Source of the DNA: Octopus bimaculoides
Taxonomy: Eukaryota
Reading direction: 5' to 3'
Length of the DNA: 63,570 nucleotides
NCBI RefSeq assembly: GCF_001194135.2
Contig: NC_068990.1
Coordinates: 12,668,368-12,731,937, forward strand
The notes beneath the pieces were generated by a model that was not told the DNA's origin, did no database searches, and saw only the letters and a list, made by a program, of their open reading frames with translations. The translations under genes and the position numbers were made by a program. Shown here piece by piece: positions 24,648-39,135 of the stretch (positions are counted from its first letter, which is position 1; each line of letters starts with the position of its first letter).

Positions 24648-26984
24648 TGTAATATAAAGAGGGGGAGAGAGAGGGGGATACCTATATTCAATGCTATTAA
24701 GTAGTATTAATAGTTATGTGAAAAAGTTTCAATGTCTGTTACTAGTAAATATCATCAGAAGATACAAAGCAAAAAAAAAAACCCATAATTACTCTAGCCG
24801 TTGTCTGCCAATGTAAATTTACAGATAACATTCTCAATGTTCATTCATTAAATATTTGTTACTCCAGAACAGTCAGTAGATCTGCAGAATCAGAAAACCA
24901 ATGAATGAAATTCCTTGTGTTGTTTCACGAAAATTCCTTTACTTTCTCACTCCAAATTCCTCCATAGTAAACTTTACATTTCATGCTTGTAAAGTGATAA
25001 AATATTTAAATACTGGGTTGATCTAATTGACTATGTCCTCCCCTCCAAATTTGTGGCTGTTTCACTACACCAGGAAAGAAAAAGAAAAAAAAATGCTGTG
25101 AATTATTTGCTGCTTTTCTCCTTTCTTTCTTTCTTTCTTTCATTCATTTGATTTCTTCCTTTATTCCTTTCCTTTTTGTCTTCATTTCATTTTTGTCCTT
25201 TTATTTGTTTTTCTTTGTCTTCTTGCTTTCTTCTTCCTCCGCCTCATACTCTGAAGTTTTGTAATTATTTAGTAGTCATAATAATAATAATACTCACAGA
25301 TATTCAGATTAATATAGACTAATTAATACTAATTATTACACTACACTACATCTTCCCCTCCCCCAACGGCACTGATTTCCCTAATGACAACTAACTACTG
25401 AACTTTGCTTTATTGCATGTTTGTTCTAAACACTTCTCTAAAATGCCAGCATATATTTTTTTTTTTACGTTCATTATCATTCCAAGATATAATACTGTAA
25501 GCCATAATATTTCATTATTAGAAAAACAACAACAACAAAAAAACAAAAAAAAACAGCAATTTATTCTTCTTTACCATATATCTTAGTACAGAAGATACTT
25601 GCATACTACACCACTATTCTATAGGAAAGGAGTATATATATAAATTTTTAAGGATGTATTGATCAGATTCAGTAAGAATAAAGATGCTAGTTTCCTCTTC
25701 CTGTTTTCCTTCTTGTCTCTATACTTTCTCGGTTCCTTTTTTTTTCCTGTTAGGTTTCATGCCAGGACAAGAAAATAGAGACAAATACCAGAGAAGCTGA
25801 AGTATTTGTCTATTTACCAAACAAACATGAGTTGAAATTCTGCTCATCTGAATTTCATTATACTTTTAAATTAAAGGCACCTCGCTATTTACAAAAACGA
25901 AGCAAATATCTATATTTTCAGAACCTTCCAAATCTCACTAGATGAGAAAAGAAAAGAAAAAAAACAAAATTAAAGGTCATTTTTATCAGTGTTAATAAAC
26001 TGCTTTTACTCAGATATTTTATTGATCCTTCTTAGAAATTGTTTATTAATTTTTGGTGATAACTTTATTGCAGTTTATCATGTTGGCAGTTTATTTGATG
26101 TCAACTCCAAATTTCTTTCTTTTTTTTAATTTTTACTTCATTCTTTTCCAAATAATGTAAAATCGTCTCTTTCTCTTTCTCTCTCTTTTACTACATGAGT
26201 ATTGCCTTCTTATTGAAATCTTGTTATTTTCAAGTAATCAATTGGTTATATCTCTTTTTCATCTTTTTTATATATATTTTCTTCATATCTTTACCTTTGG
26301 AGAAGTCTCATTACTAGTCTTGCTCTTATAATTAAAGAAAGAAATGCAATATCTGTAGGAATCCTTTTAGTTTCACCCTTTTGATACTAACCTCTTGTTC
26401 TTTGATAGAAAATTGCCAGTTTTAATGTATCCATATTTAAATTAAAATCTTCTATCAAATTTTATGTAAAAAAAATCAAAACAAAAAACTTTTGTTTAGC
26501 TATCTTCAAAAACTAACTTCATACAGAAATAAGCATTAATGTTAAGTATTTTACTAGATACAACCAATTCTTGATTAATAGAGAAACACACAGATATTTT
26601 TCAGTAGAAATACAGTCATGAAATGGTTAACTCCAAGTACTATACTACCAACGTAGCAATAAAGATGAAGTAAACCACATTCAGCCAACCATCACACACA
26701 AGTGAATAAGGGTTAGTAACCTTATGTGCCATGTTTTAGGTAATTGTTTTAGATGTATTTGTAGTTGCAAGCAGACATAAACACCCTATCAGGCCTGTCA
26801 CCCATGACCGGAACTGCCATAAAGACATAGTACATCATGTACACTCAGTCATCATGCTGAAGTCAGTATGGGTTGGTGTCATGCACCCTGATTTCACTAA
26901 TTGTTTTAACTGCCTATGGAGTTACAAGCTAAAACAGACACTCCTATCAGCCACCTCAGGATGGCACACAGTCAGAATCATTAA

Positions 26985-27113
26985 TTGGTTGGATAAAATG
27001 CTTAGCAGTATTATCTTCTGGCTCTTTACATTCTGATTTCAAATCCCACCAAGGTTAACTGAGCTCTTCATCCCTTCAGGCTTGGTAGAATATAGCACCA
27101 GTTGAGTACTAGG
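26985..27113 (+). mobile_element. SINE family B, cut at its 3' side by an antisense H2 element
   Basis: aaaatgcttagcag ... ctgatttcaaatccc ... accagttgagtactagg, after which similarity to family B stops. Confidence 0.7.
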
Positions 27114-27215
27114 TTTGACATTTCGAGCTACGCTCTTCAACTGAAAGGAACACAGAAAGAAATAAGGAGAAAAACAAGAAGAAAAAAAATATAAATGTAG
27201 TGGTCTGCGATCTAT
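27112..27215 (-). mobile_element. Penelope-pLTR-like fragment with a degenerate H2 hammerhead
   Basis: The minus strand reads CCTTT-CAGTTGA-A-GAGC-GTA-GCTC-GAAA-TGTC-AAA (27148-27114), and its upstream U-rich tract matches the 57196 copy. Confidence 0.7.
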
Positions 27216-27259
27216 CATATATATATTTATATATATATATATATGTATGTATAAGTGTG

Positions 27260-27470
27260 TGTGTGTGCGTGTGTGTGTGTGCGTCCCTCCATCACTGCTG
27301 GACAACCAGTGTTGGTGTGTTTACATCCCCGTAACTTAGCAATTCAACAAAAGAGACCAATAGGATACACTTAAAAGAAAAACAAGTCCTGAGATCAATC
27401 TGTTTGACTAAAATACTTCAAGGCAGTGCTCCAGCATGGTCTCAGTCAAATGACTGAAACAAGTAATAGA
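27260..27470 (+). mobile_element. SINE family A 3' half
   Basis: gacaaccagtgttggtgtgtttacatccccgtaacttagc ... gcagtgctccagcatgg ... gactgaaacaagt. Confidence 0.8.
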
Positions 27471-27963
27471 ATATATATATATATATATATATATAATAAT
27501 AATCAACCCTCTCAGTCATGTCATATAAGGGGCGACAGCTGGAAGGAGGACTGAACCTTGTTGGTACGCATTACTGCTGAATAGACTGGTGCAATATGGA
27601 ATGTCTTGCATACAGACACAATGTGCTGTCCAGTTCATGAATTGAACCTGCAACCCTATGATAACAAACCAAGCTATCTAACCACTAGGCCATGTATCTT
27701 CACTACTGTAAAGCCAAAAAAAAAAAAAGACCCAGATTTGGAGGTTTCTCAAAAATGTTAATTCTTGCTATTTGCATTTTGACTCTTTAACATATCTGTC
27801 ATAATAATAAATGGTCCTCTCTTATCCATTCTCCCCTCTTTTTTGACCTTTTCTACATTTCTATTTCACTAGTTCTCTCATTCTATCCCTTTCTCTCTCT
27901 CTCTCTCTCTTTAAAACAAAATTTTTTTTTACCTTTTTTGTGTGTGTAAATCTTCTTTTCTTC

Positions 27964-28002
<39 letters not shown>

Positions 28003-28012
28003 NNNNNNNNNN

Positions 28013-28048
<36 letters not shown>

Positions 28049-29534
28049 TCTCGAAATTAATCATTCTGAAGTTTGTATGTCACAGTTGCAATACTCTTTT
28101 TATGCATTAGAACGTGCAAACTTATAATGTGCATCTTACACAGTGCACATCCATCTTATTAAGGATTCTCTCTGATGTTGCCATATCAATGTTGTTGACT
28201 GAATGTTATTTATCATATTCTTTGCCCTGATCTAATTAGTTATTCCGTAGACACACAGACACACACTATACAAATATAAGCCCTAAGTCACAGAAGGATC
28301 CTTTACATGGTTACTCATTCAACTAGAAATAGCAGCAAAGTTGCCATCAAATCAGATCTTCCTTTCTTGGAAAGAGAAATGCAAAATTAAAATTGATAAT
28401 GCTGTCTGAAATACATTGTCTGAATAAAAGGTGACTGTCATGGTTGGAATACCTTTCATCCCAGTCTGTTTGACCAGGACTGATTTAGTTCTAATCTGCA
28501 ATACTACAATACCCAAACAAATGTTCATCCACACACATATCTACACAATGACTTTTATGGTAACCTCTTTCAATTACTGCCCCTTCCCAGTAAAGATTAC
28601 ATCTTCCTACCTCTGTAGCTTCACACCCTTTATTTACTTAGTTCTTTAATTTTCCACTTACAATAGCTGACTTAATGCACCACCTTGCTGGACACCATCA
28701 TTGAGTGACTTTAACAGTTGCAAGCATTCAAGCCAGGTCTCTAGTCTTAGAGTAACTTCCTTCCTTCTTTCCTTCTCCCTTCTTTCTTTTTTCTTTCCTT
28801 CCTTTCTTCCTCCCTCCCTTCTCATAGGGATAATCTTCCTCTGATATATTAACTGTCTTGAGCTTATATACCCAATTTTGGTTTCCATGGATTTTAAGCT
28901 ATTACGGTACAAGACTGCATCCTCAACCTGAGAATGAAATACCAGTTAAGCCCTCCCCACTCAAACCACAGCTATCAGTTATGTCACAAATCCTGGGATT
29001 CATAAGGCCTGAGGTTAACCTGGTTTTCATGATGTATAAGTGACTAATATTACAACACTCTCAACTTCCTACCTATTGTTGGAACTTATTTTAAAGTTGA
29101 GTGAAATAACATGTTTTGTTCGAGACCGTGATCATCTGCCCTGTTCAGTGGAGTGGATAGAAGCAACAGGAAATGAAGTGCTTTGTTCAAGGACCCAACA
29201 TACCACCCAGTCCAAGAATTGATCTTGCAACCTAATGGTTGTGACCTCAACACCTGAACTTCTACACCACATACTCTCACTCTTCTCAACCATGAGAAAA
29301 AATATGGCTTCAACCTGCTTTAGTAATTGGCTGTCCAGTAAAAAACAAATTCATTTATGTTACTCTTCAATTGTTTCTCTTACTATGATGAGAAATTATT
29401 ATCTATACTCAGAATATTTTCAATTAATTAAATTGATATCTCTCGCCAGTCCAATATGATATAAGAAAAGGAATGGAAGATTATATTTTTCATTACACTT
29501 TGCTGTTGACATAATCTTTTATTCTTTGTTGATC

Positions 29535-29850
29535 TTTAAAATAAGTACCAGTCATATAGCAAAGTGTGTTTACCCAGCTGTCTCTCCTAAATTTAGTGAC
29601 CTTATACTTGTATTTTTCCAGGGCTAATAAAGTAAATATCTGTCACATACAACAGTCTCCCCTAAATTTTGTAACCTAAAGCTTATATCCTTCCAGAATT
29701 AATAAAATAAATATCAGTCACATAACAAGATGTGTTTAATCAACTGTCTCCCATAAGTTTTGTGACCTGATGTTTGTATCCTTCCAGGGTTAATAAAGAA
29801 TAAATATAACCAACAAAACTCGTTCCCTCCTCAAAATTTGTAGCCATTAA
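29535..29850 (+). repeat. About four degenerate tandem units (75-95 bp) derived from the family B SINE 3' region
   Basis: Recurrent ccttccagggttaataaa ... tgtctccc(c)taaattttgtgacct units. Confidence 0.65.
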
Positions 29851-32019
29851 ACCAATGTTCATTATCACTACCGTTTTAAATTTGCTTTCCATGGGTTGAA
29901 CTGGTTGTCATGGTTTGAGCTAATTATTATTTGAAGTTACTCCTCCTGGATGGATCAGAGGAACAGGTCATTTTATTTTTTGATGTGGTTTCTACAGCTG
30001 GATCACTTTTCATAACACCATGTATGAAAGGAATTCAATTGTGACACCCATACTGTTATTCCACAGTAGGGGAAAAGCTTTCCTTGGGCATGCATTGCAT
30101 TATCTATCACTTTCTGTAATGGGTGCATTTCATTGTAGCAGCAGCAGCACAAGTGAGGTTTTATATCTTGAAATCATTATTATTTTGAAATAATTCAACT
30201 TGTCTTAATACATTGTGTAACATCTCTAACTCGCATCTCATTTTTTTTATATATGACATTATTATACACCAGCATATATATTTTTGTATCTCATTTCTAG
30301 TAAGTCTATTGTATGTATGAAAGAACTTTAAAAGCAGCCCCCAACCTAATTACTATCATGATTATTCTGTTGTTGTTGCTACATCTTTTATGGTTGAGTT
30401 GTGCCTCAGCTCCAGCCAAAACGCTGGAGGCATCACACCCTCCTCAGCATGTGAGTCATTCCAATCACCACAGCCATTTGTAAACTTCCTAATTTATCTG
30501 CTATGCCTAAAATTTCAGATTTTTTAAAATTGTTCAGTGTACTGATAACAAAAGGGAGAATTTTGACTATTGCTTGATGTATTTCTCATACTTGGCTCAT
30601 CAGATTCTGATATTTTTGTCTACCTCTTGGAGATTTTGAATTTTGGTCAGCAGGAACAGCAATGTATGTCACGACCTAGTTATGTGTTTCTTTTTGCACA
30701 ATTGTGATATCAAGGTGATTATGCTCTACACACCTCTCTATAAAGATGGTCATTCCTTACATGAGCTTCATTACTTTTTATAGTTACCTTATAAATACAT
30801 TTGTGTGTGTGTGTGTATGTCATTGCTCAGTTTTATTTCAAGTTTTCTTGCCAATAGAGGAAGAGTCGGTTTCTAATCTCGAGCCAAGGCTCCTTCATTG
30901 GAATTTCAACATCAGCAACAGGGTACTTTAGTTTGTATGTATGTATGTATGTATGTATATATGCAGATTTGTATGTTTGGCTTTAGGTATGTATTCTCAT
31001 GCCTATAGTTGCATATGTATGTATGAATGTATATACATGTATGTGAATATATATATATGTGTGTGTATGTGTATGTTGTGTACTGATATATATATATATG
31101 TATGTATGTATTTTTACTTGAATGTTAATTTCATGAAGAAGTAGATATTTTGTGTTATTCAGCTTAATACCTCACTCATCTGCTTTTATCTTCTAGCAAA
31201 ATCTGATTCATCTTTCATCATTCAAGTGTTGATAAAATAAACTATAGTCAGATACTTAGAGATAATAAATTAAGTACTAATTGCACAAATTAGTCTTGTA
31301 TCTTCTCAAAAGAAATGATTCGTGTTTACAAGTTCTTTACAATTTGTTTTCCTGACTGAATGACAGAGGAAGAAAGACAGTATTTAAAGAGTCTTAAACA
31401 GTCTCAAAGACATGGGAAAGCTAGAGGGATTGAGTTGTCTCACAGATGGTAGATTCAGTGGCCAGATGGTAATATTAATCCAGGTTGCTTCAAAAAAATC
31501 AGTTACATACAATTCACCTGACTGTCTTCCCTACAGTTTCTTTTAACCTAATTACTCTCACAAGGCTTTGGTTGATGTAAGTTGATAACAATAGATACTT
31601 TTACACCACTCCACACAGTTTGTACGATTGATTCCAAACCAATGTTCTTAGCTTCATGGCCTTCTCTGAATACATAATGTCTATATGCACAGATTTTCTG
31701 CAGACTTGGATAGTTGTATGAGTCGATAGCTGAAGTATTTTATACATAATCATTAACATCGCAGCCTTAATAGAGTTAACCTTTGACAGGCCATGCCTGT
31801 CCCATCTGTTTTTTTCTGTTTTGTAATTGTATAACTAGAACTACATTGCCCATTGTGTCTTTTACCTTGCATCTGAGCTCCCAAGCAAAAGAAGTAAATA
31901 GTTACCGAAACAGCTCAAGAGTAATGATTGCAGGCAAATTAACGGACAGAATGAGCTGCATCTTTCTTTCCTAGTTGTGTTGTTCATTGCTGCTTTACTG
32001 GGAATTCAGCAGAGATGAC

Positions 32020-32379
32020 ATTTAAGCTGCTGCCCAGTGTCGCCTTTCTGGCACTTGTGCCCGTGACATGTGTAAGGATTTCGAGCGAGATCGTTGCCAG
32101 TGCCCCTGGACTGGCTCTTGTGCGGGTGGCACATAAAATACACCATTTGAGTGTGGCCATTGCCAGTACCGCCTGACTAGCCTTCGTGCGGGTGACATGT
32201 AAAAGCATCCACAACACTCTCTGAGTGGTTGGTNNNNNNNNNNTGGTGTTAGGAAGGGCATCCAGCTGTAGAAACTCTGCCAAATCAGATTGGAGGCTGG
32301 TGTTGCCATCCGGTTTCACCAGTCCTCAGTCAAATCATCCAACTCATGCTAGCATGGAAAGCGGACGTTAAACGATGAC

Positions 32380-32438
<59 letters not shown>
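32020..32438 (+). mobile_element. Long family E element with an internal duplicated unit and long (GAT)n tail
   Basis: Duplicated gtgcgggtg(g/a)ca(c/t)(a/g)taaaa units, the standard E 3' region and (GAT)n to 32438. Contains a 10-N gap. Confidence 0.8.
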
Positions 32439-32440
<2 letters not shown>

Positions 32441-33361
32441 GTGTAACATGGTTAAGGAAAAAATTGCTGCTAATTCTCGCAGGTCTGTTGACTTTGTAGA
32501 GGATTTTTCATTTGTTCAAGGCTAATAGCAGTTTGCACTGGCAAGAGTAATTGCAGGAGTGAGTGCAATATATTAAAGTATTACTACAATCTAGTTGAAC
32601 TCGCTAGTATTTTAGGTTGTGATCTCAACATTGTCAATGAAAAGTTCTCTGTCTGAAATAAATTTTAATGGTTTGCCACCTTTTCTCACACTGAGCAATC
32701 AATTTATCTGTGTTAGATTAATTTACTATGCTGCATAATAATAATTTTTGTGTCAGAACATCAATACACATTCCATGTTTAGAGCTTTCATTCATAAAGC
32801 ATACGCCTCTGCAAATTTCTTCTTATTTTAACATTTTAAACAAAAGCCATTTTAACATAAATACACAATTTGTTGGTTTCAATTGTTTTGCAATTTGTCA
32901 TATTTATATAACTTTGAGTATAAAATATAGCAACAACAAACATTAAAATGAAACATTTTCTTTTGTTTCAATTAAGTGTATACCTAAGGGTAGAAATGGT
33001 ATTTATGTTTATATTGTATTTTTGTACATTAATTTATGTAGAGTTCCAAACAAACAAGGGGAAAAAAAATGATGAAAAAATTTCATGCTATGTTTTTAGT
33101 TGATACTTTAAACAAGAGTGCTCAAGGTGAGCTGCATTATATCAGTGTTATTAAATAAGCTTTAATAATTTATGTGTCCATTTTAGTGTTTCTTGCTTTA
33201 TTTTTTCTTTTTTGATTTGATCTTAATGTTTAAAATGTGTTCACACTCAAAATATAAAAAAGAATAGATAATAGAATGTTAAATAAAATCATAAAATTAC
33301 AAGTTGCTTCCTTTGTGTTATCCAAGACAATCAAGACAATATTCTTTTATTCTTTTATTCT

Positions 33362-33575
33362 TTTACTTGTTTCAGTCATTTGACTGTGACCATGCTGGAG
33401 CACCACCTTAAGGGGTTTTTAGTTGAACAAATCGACCCCAGGACTTATTCTTTGTAAGCCTAGTACTCATTCTATCAGTCTCTTTTGCTAAACCACTAAG
33501 TTACTGAGACATAAACACACCAACACCAGTTGTCAAATGATTTTGGGTGGGTGAGGAGACAAACACACAAATATA
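33362..33575 (-). mobile_element. SINE family A 3' half
   Basis: ttttacttgtttcagtcatttgactgtgaccatgctggagcacc ... Confidence 0.8.
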
Positions 33576-34955
33576 TACATACTTTGTATATATTTTGTAT
33601 ATAAATAAATAAATAAATAAATAAATAAATAGAATCTTTTTAATCAATCGGACGCATTTGTATAATTTTACCTAAATCCTCTAATAGGTAAGAAGACAGA
33701 CAAAGTCCATGCTGTATTCACTTCAGCTTAGAAGCTACTAAGACTTCAAGAAAAAACTTGTTAGAGATCTAGCTGGTCACTGATATTTGGGTCAGTTTTA
33801 ATTTATAGTCTTGTTTATCAAATCTTTGTATATCAAAATCTGAGACCAAAGAGCAATGTCTGTTAGGAAAGGGCCTGAGGTAGTTGACAGAATCATAGTC
33901 ATAAAGCTTATCAAAATTAGTTTGAAGTAGTAATAACGTAACTGTCTATAATGAGGTATGGTAAAGGAAGAACTTAAATCAGGATATTAGTTATCAGGTA
34001 AAGGGGCAAAACTCTAATAAAACCAATGATGATAATAAAGGGGAAATTTTATCATGGGGTACTATAGTTGAGTGATTGAAACAATATTGTTATATTGTAT
34101 AAAGATAAAATTTAGGGTTATCAAGAAAAATATTAAGAATATCATAAACAAAAGGATAAATCTTTGAATACATTTGGGTATATACCCAAATTTACACTTG
34201 TTTAAAGTATATATANNNNNNNNNNNNNNNNNNNNNNNNNNTATATATATATATATATATATATTTCTATCTATTTATCTACTTGTGTGTAGGTGTGTGC
34301 CTTTGTGTCTGTGTTTGTCTCCAACCACTACTTGACAACCAGTGTTGGTGTGTTTACATCCCCATAAGCTATCAGTTTGGCAAAACAGGCTGATAGAATA
34401 AATTCCAGCTTAGAAAAGAAAGTGCTGGTGTTTGTTCATTCATCTAAATTTTTTTCAAGGCAGTGCCCCAGCATGGCCTCAGTTTAGTGACTGAGTCAAA
34501 TAAAAAAGTATATGAATTCCAGAAGGTGACAAGTTCAAAGGAGATATGTTTGGCCACTTTGAAGAAAGGTCTCAAAGATAAGTCTAAGAGTAAATAAACA
34601 TTTCATCAGTAACCATTAGTCCAACAAAATATATTTTGCTTCATCTATGGCTCATTGGCAACTACAGAACAATAGATAGAGAAGCTAATTTATTAGTTAG
34701 ATTTAGCAAAAAGGAACACACACACATACACATGTGTGTGATTTCATACTCACACACACACACACTTGAATGCACACACACATGCACTTGGACACAAAGA
34801 CACATGTACATACACATGCATATATATAATTTCCTTTTTCTGTTCTTGCCGTATCTAACTTATAGGTTAGCTTCTGTATATATTTTTCTGTAGTTCCCAA
34901 AAGGCAAAAATGTTTTTAAAAATTATATATTGTTGAAGTAACAATTATAGATTAA

Positions 34956-35008
<53 letters not shown>

Positions 35009-36559
35009 CAGGGATGAGGTGCCTATGATGTAAACAAACACAAGGTATATATAGTCACTGAAGATACTACATATATAACCAAGGAAAAGGTGTTTGTATA
35101 TATATATATGTGTGTGTGTGTGTTGAAGAGAATTTACCCTCAGTATATTGGTATTACACATCTTAGTAAAATATTTGCCAAAGTCAATTTTGGTGGCATT
35201 GGAATTTTAGAAGTGGCACCAAACTATAAGCAAGTCATCTAGACTGGTCACCTCCACTATTCGCTTTTCATGTAATATTAAATATATAATTAAGTGCGCT
35301 GCTCTCAAAAATTACAATTTTCTCAATAGTTTTTAGCCTCAAGCTATTTTACAGACGCTTATTTTCATGTTTCATATACTTGTTTAATTCAGTGTAATAT
35401 TGATTTACTTCAATACAAACCAGTGTTTTTCATTTTGGATAGTATAACATATAACATAATATGATTGATATAACATCAACAAAGCTAATGATAGAAATTT
35501 GTTGCAATTACGTGTTTAATATTTTCATATATCATATATCTACCTTTAGGCTTATTTAAGTAACAATAAACTTAGGAAACTTTATAACAATAACTTTTTA
35601 TATGTTTACAGGCAGAAGTCAACTACATATAATTTACTTTTCCAAAGGAAATTCCAATATATTTTTGCAATATTCTATGTGTATTTCTTCAGCAGTCTTA
35701 TAACCATCGTGGCATTTGGTCTATTTTGGGAGGATCAGTCTTATGTGTATTTAGTCTTGTCTTTTATAAAACTAACATAGAATGCTTTTCCAAAAACAGA
35801 ATCTAATAAGGAAAAAAATTAATAAAAAAAATATATCACATTCTTGAAGGGAGAATTTTGTTTCTAGTTAGAATTTACTGGAAAATAAACCAACCTTCCA
35901 GAAGATTCCAGTGCATTATCAATGTCAAAATAATGTAAGTCAATAAGATTTTCCTAAATCTTTATGATTTTTACACTTCAGTTCAAATTCTGTTCCAAAT
36001 GCTAAAAAAGCCATTCCATTTCTGTTCATGGCATGCTATGAAATTATCTAAGTGTAAGGAATGAATTCCTGTTGCCTTCTCCAATTAGATTTGCATTCTA
36101 GGATTTCTAGGGAAGAGATGTAAATGGACATTAGAAATATAATGGAAATCAAAATTGTTTCTTCAAACAGAACTCAAAACCGGGTAAACTCAGTTTTTCC
36201 AGGCACAGAATAAGATTTCAGCTTAAAATGAATCCTAACATATATGGTTTGAATGTGTATGAATCTATTTGCCTGAAAATTCTATATTAGATTTTCATAT
36301 TCACATCTTGGTTTTTGTTGAGTTCCAGTCCCATCTATAAACTCAAACTTGTTCAACCATTCAGAATTCAATATTACCAAACAAAAAATAGATATTGTAA
36401 ATAAACAACTGCATCCATTCTGTTCATTGTTCACTACAATAATATAGAATTAATCCCTATGGCAATATACTAAATAGTGTTGAAAGGGTTCCATTGAAGC
36501 AGTTTTTTTTCATGTAGGTCCACATTCTGAATGAAATGCAAATTGCTCGACCAAACTCC

Positions 36560-37190
36560 ATTCACAGCTGCAAACCCAAGTATCACCAGTCATGATGCAG
36601 AGGAATAGAAGATAAACCAATACAGGAGCCTGGCTGGCCACTATCAATTTTTACGGGTCACTGTTGAGACCTCAGGTATTCTCAAACCCTGCAATGCTGA
36701 TTTCTTATATTACTTGCTTCAGTCATTTGACCGCGGCCATGCTGGGTCACCACCTTGTAGGGTTTTATTCAAAGAAATCAACTCCACGACTTATTTCTTA
36801 AGCTGAGTACTCTTATCCTATTGGTCTCTTTTGCCGTACTGCTAAGTTATAGGGATGTAAACACACCAACACCGGTTGTCACATGGTGATGGGTTGAGGA
36901 CAAATACAGACACGAAGACATACACATAGATATATGCATATATANNNNNNNNNNATATATAGATAGATAGATAGATAGTTAGATAGATAGATAGATAGAT
37001 AGATGTACGATAAGCTTCTTTCAGTTTCCATCGCCCAAATCCACTCACAAGGCTTTGGTCCTCCACAAAGTCAGAACAACTGCAGCCTGTCTGAGAAATC
37101 AACCTAGTGATGTTGCAGTGAGTGACACTGGCTGTTCTTCATGGCAATGCCTTTGCAATCATGTCTGCGAGATGCAGCTGAACACACCTT
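36560..37190 (+). pseudogene. Decayed CRE-like non-LTR retrotransposon restriction-like endonuclease C-terminus, split by a SINE
   Basis: 36560-36708 reads AEE*KINQYRSLAGHYQFLRVTVETSGILKP. After the SINE, 37062-37190 reads LQ*VTLAVLHGNAFAIMSA. Both match the K..KY / P.AVETxG / LAVxRGNA motifs of RLE-clade elements. The clade is recalled, not searched. Confidence 0.65.
36712..37060 (-). mobile_element. SINE family A, 5'-truncated, nested in the CRE-like fossil
   Basis: The family A 3' half, microsatellite and part of the 5' half interrupt the RLE reading frame. Confidence 0.8.
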
Positions 37191-38904
37191 TTGTTCTGGG
37201 GTGTAGAACCCCTTACCGCCTTCCATCATCTACTGCTTAATTCCCTCCTTTTCTTTCTTTTTCTTTGTTTCCTTGGTGAGGGAGTTATGGGGTTTTCCCT
37301 CAATCGTTTGATCTTTTATACTTATAATGTTTTTTTTCTTTTGTTTTTCCTGTAAAATTGTGTTATATAAATTAAAAGTTTTGTGCGGTTGAAATAATAT
37401 CAAATAAAGTTGTTGCTCTCTACATTCTATTAAAAGAAAAGAATTAATCCAATGATGTTTACTTCTGGGAGGTTGCTATGTCACTGTGAACTTTCATCCA
37501 CTTGTCAGAAGTGTTGTCTTACCTTTCAAGTTTCAAGCTGAATATTATCCTCCAGTCCTTGCCCTCCCCACTGAACTCAGTGTCTTTGAAACTCGTTATG
37601 TATGAGCTCTCTTCAACAAGTAAAACTATGGAAATTTATATTAAATATCAATCAACAGCTGTAGCTCCATACAGTCATACTGATATCCATGTTCAAGAGG
37701 GTTTATTTGCAAAAAGGTCACTGATGCTTCACCTCCTCTTCAGATTAACAAATGAAGTGAATGAGTGAGAGTTAGAGAAAGTGTGTGAGAGATACAGAGA
37801 GGGGGAGAATCGATATGTGCGTATATGACAGTGTGAGCTTGACACACATGCACACAAGACTACTTATTCATACTTCTTAATGAAAGAGGATGCAAGCACT
37901 TCAGTTTCTCCCAGTTAATGTTTAAGATGAATTCAGTTTCAAAGAATTTATGGTAAGATATATAATAAACACTCATTTTTTTTTCCTGCTTCTATGAAAA
38001 AAAAAAAAAATTCAATTGCCTTTCTTTTCAATTATATTGTTGAAAATTTTACTTGGGCATTTCTTGGAAGTTTATACTGGTTTATTTTTCAGTAAAATAA
38101 TTAGTAAATGAAGAGGAGGTAAAAAAAGTAAATTTGAAACATTATTTTCAAAGCTTGCGCTGTTAAGTTAGCAGATCTTTTGAAGCCGGAGCATATCAAT
38201 TAATTTTAAAGTATTTTCCCATAAAAAAAAAGACTTTGGCATGATTTATAGAACTGCCAAGTTGTCAAGTCATTTATTGTTTTGCAGCAAGATTTATTGT
38301 TACATGAAATTTCATGTTGGTAATAAACATACGAAGAATGAATTGTGTCATGGTTAACCAGTGATGAGAAGAAACAAAAATAGAAAAATAGCAATAATAA
38401 TAATAATAAAAACAATGGTATTCATTCTCTTTCTTCTAAATGGGCACATATTTTTCTGCAACATTGTATGATATGGTGAACTGCTACATCAAGTGAGTGT
38501 TGTGATCTAGATGAAACTGTTGTTATTATTTGTTCCACTTTGTGAATGCAGTGATTATATCTGTTTATGTTTTGAGTTCAGATCTTATCATGATTGAATT
38601 TACCTTTCCTTCTTCTGAGCTCGTTAAAATAACTATCATATTATTTAAGTACTTGGTCACTTTAGTGGATTGTACTCTTTCCCACAACTTTTAGTCTTGT
38701 ACCAAGTTAGACTTTATCATTGTTATTGATATTATTGACACTAATAATTTATGTTATGTATACATAGGTATAATATACACACATAGATCGTCAGTAAATC
38801 ATAAGTCCAAAAGAGAAGTACAATCTAAGATATAGAGAGTCCATAACTATCATTATTTACACACACACACACACATATTATTGTATTCTTTTCTTTTTCT
38901 CTTA

Positions 38905-39095
38905 TTTGTTTCAACAATTTGACTGTAGCCATGCTGGAGTACTACCTTTAATCGAATAAATCAACCCCAGGACTTATTCTTTGTAAGCCTAGTACTTATT
39001 CTGTCGGTCTATTTTGCTGAACTGCTAAGTTACGGAGATGTAAACACACCAGCATTGGTTGTCCAGTGATGGTGGTGGGGAGACAAACACAGACT

Positions 39096-39135
<40 letters not shown>

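Noticed and set aside
33640-34130. Unique-looking stretch with a partly open minus-strand frame (..NFDKLYDYDSVNYLRPFP..)
   Set aside because: It has in-frame stops and no family I can recognise, so it is left unassigned.
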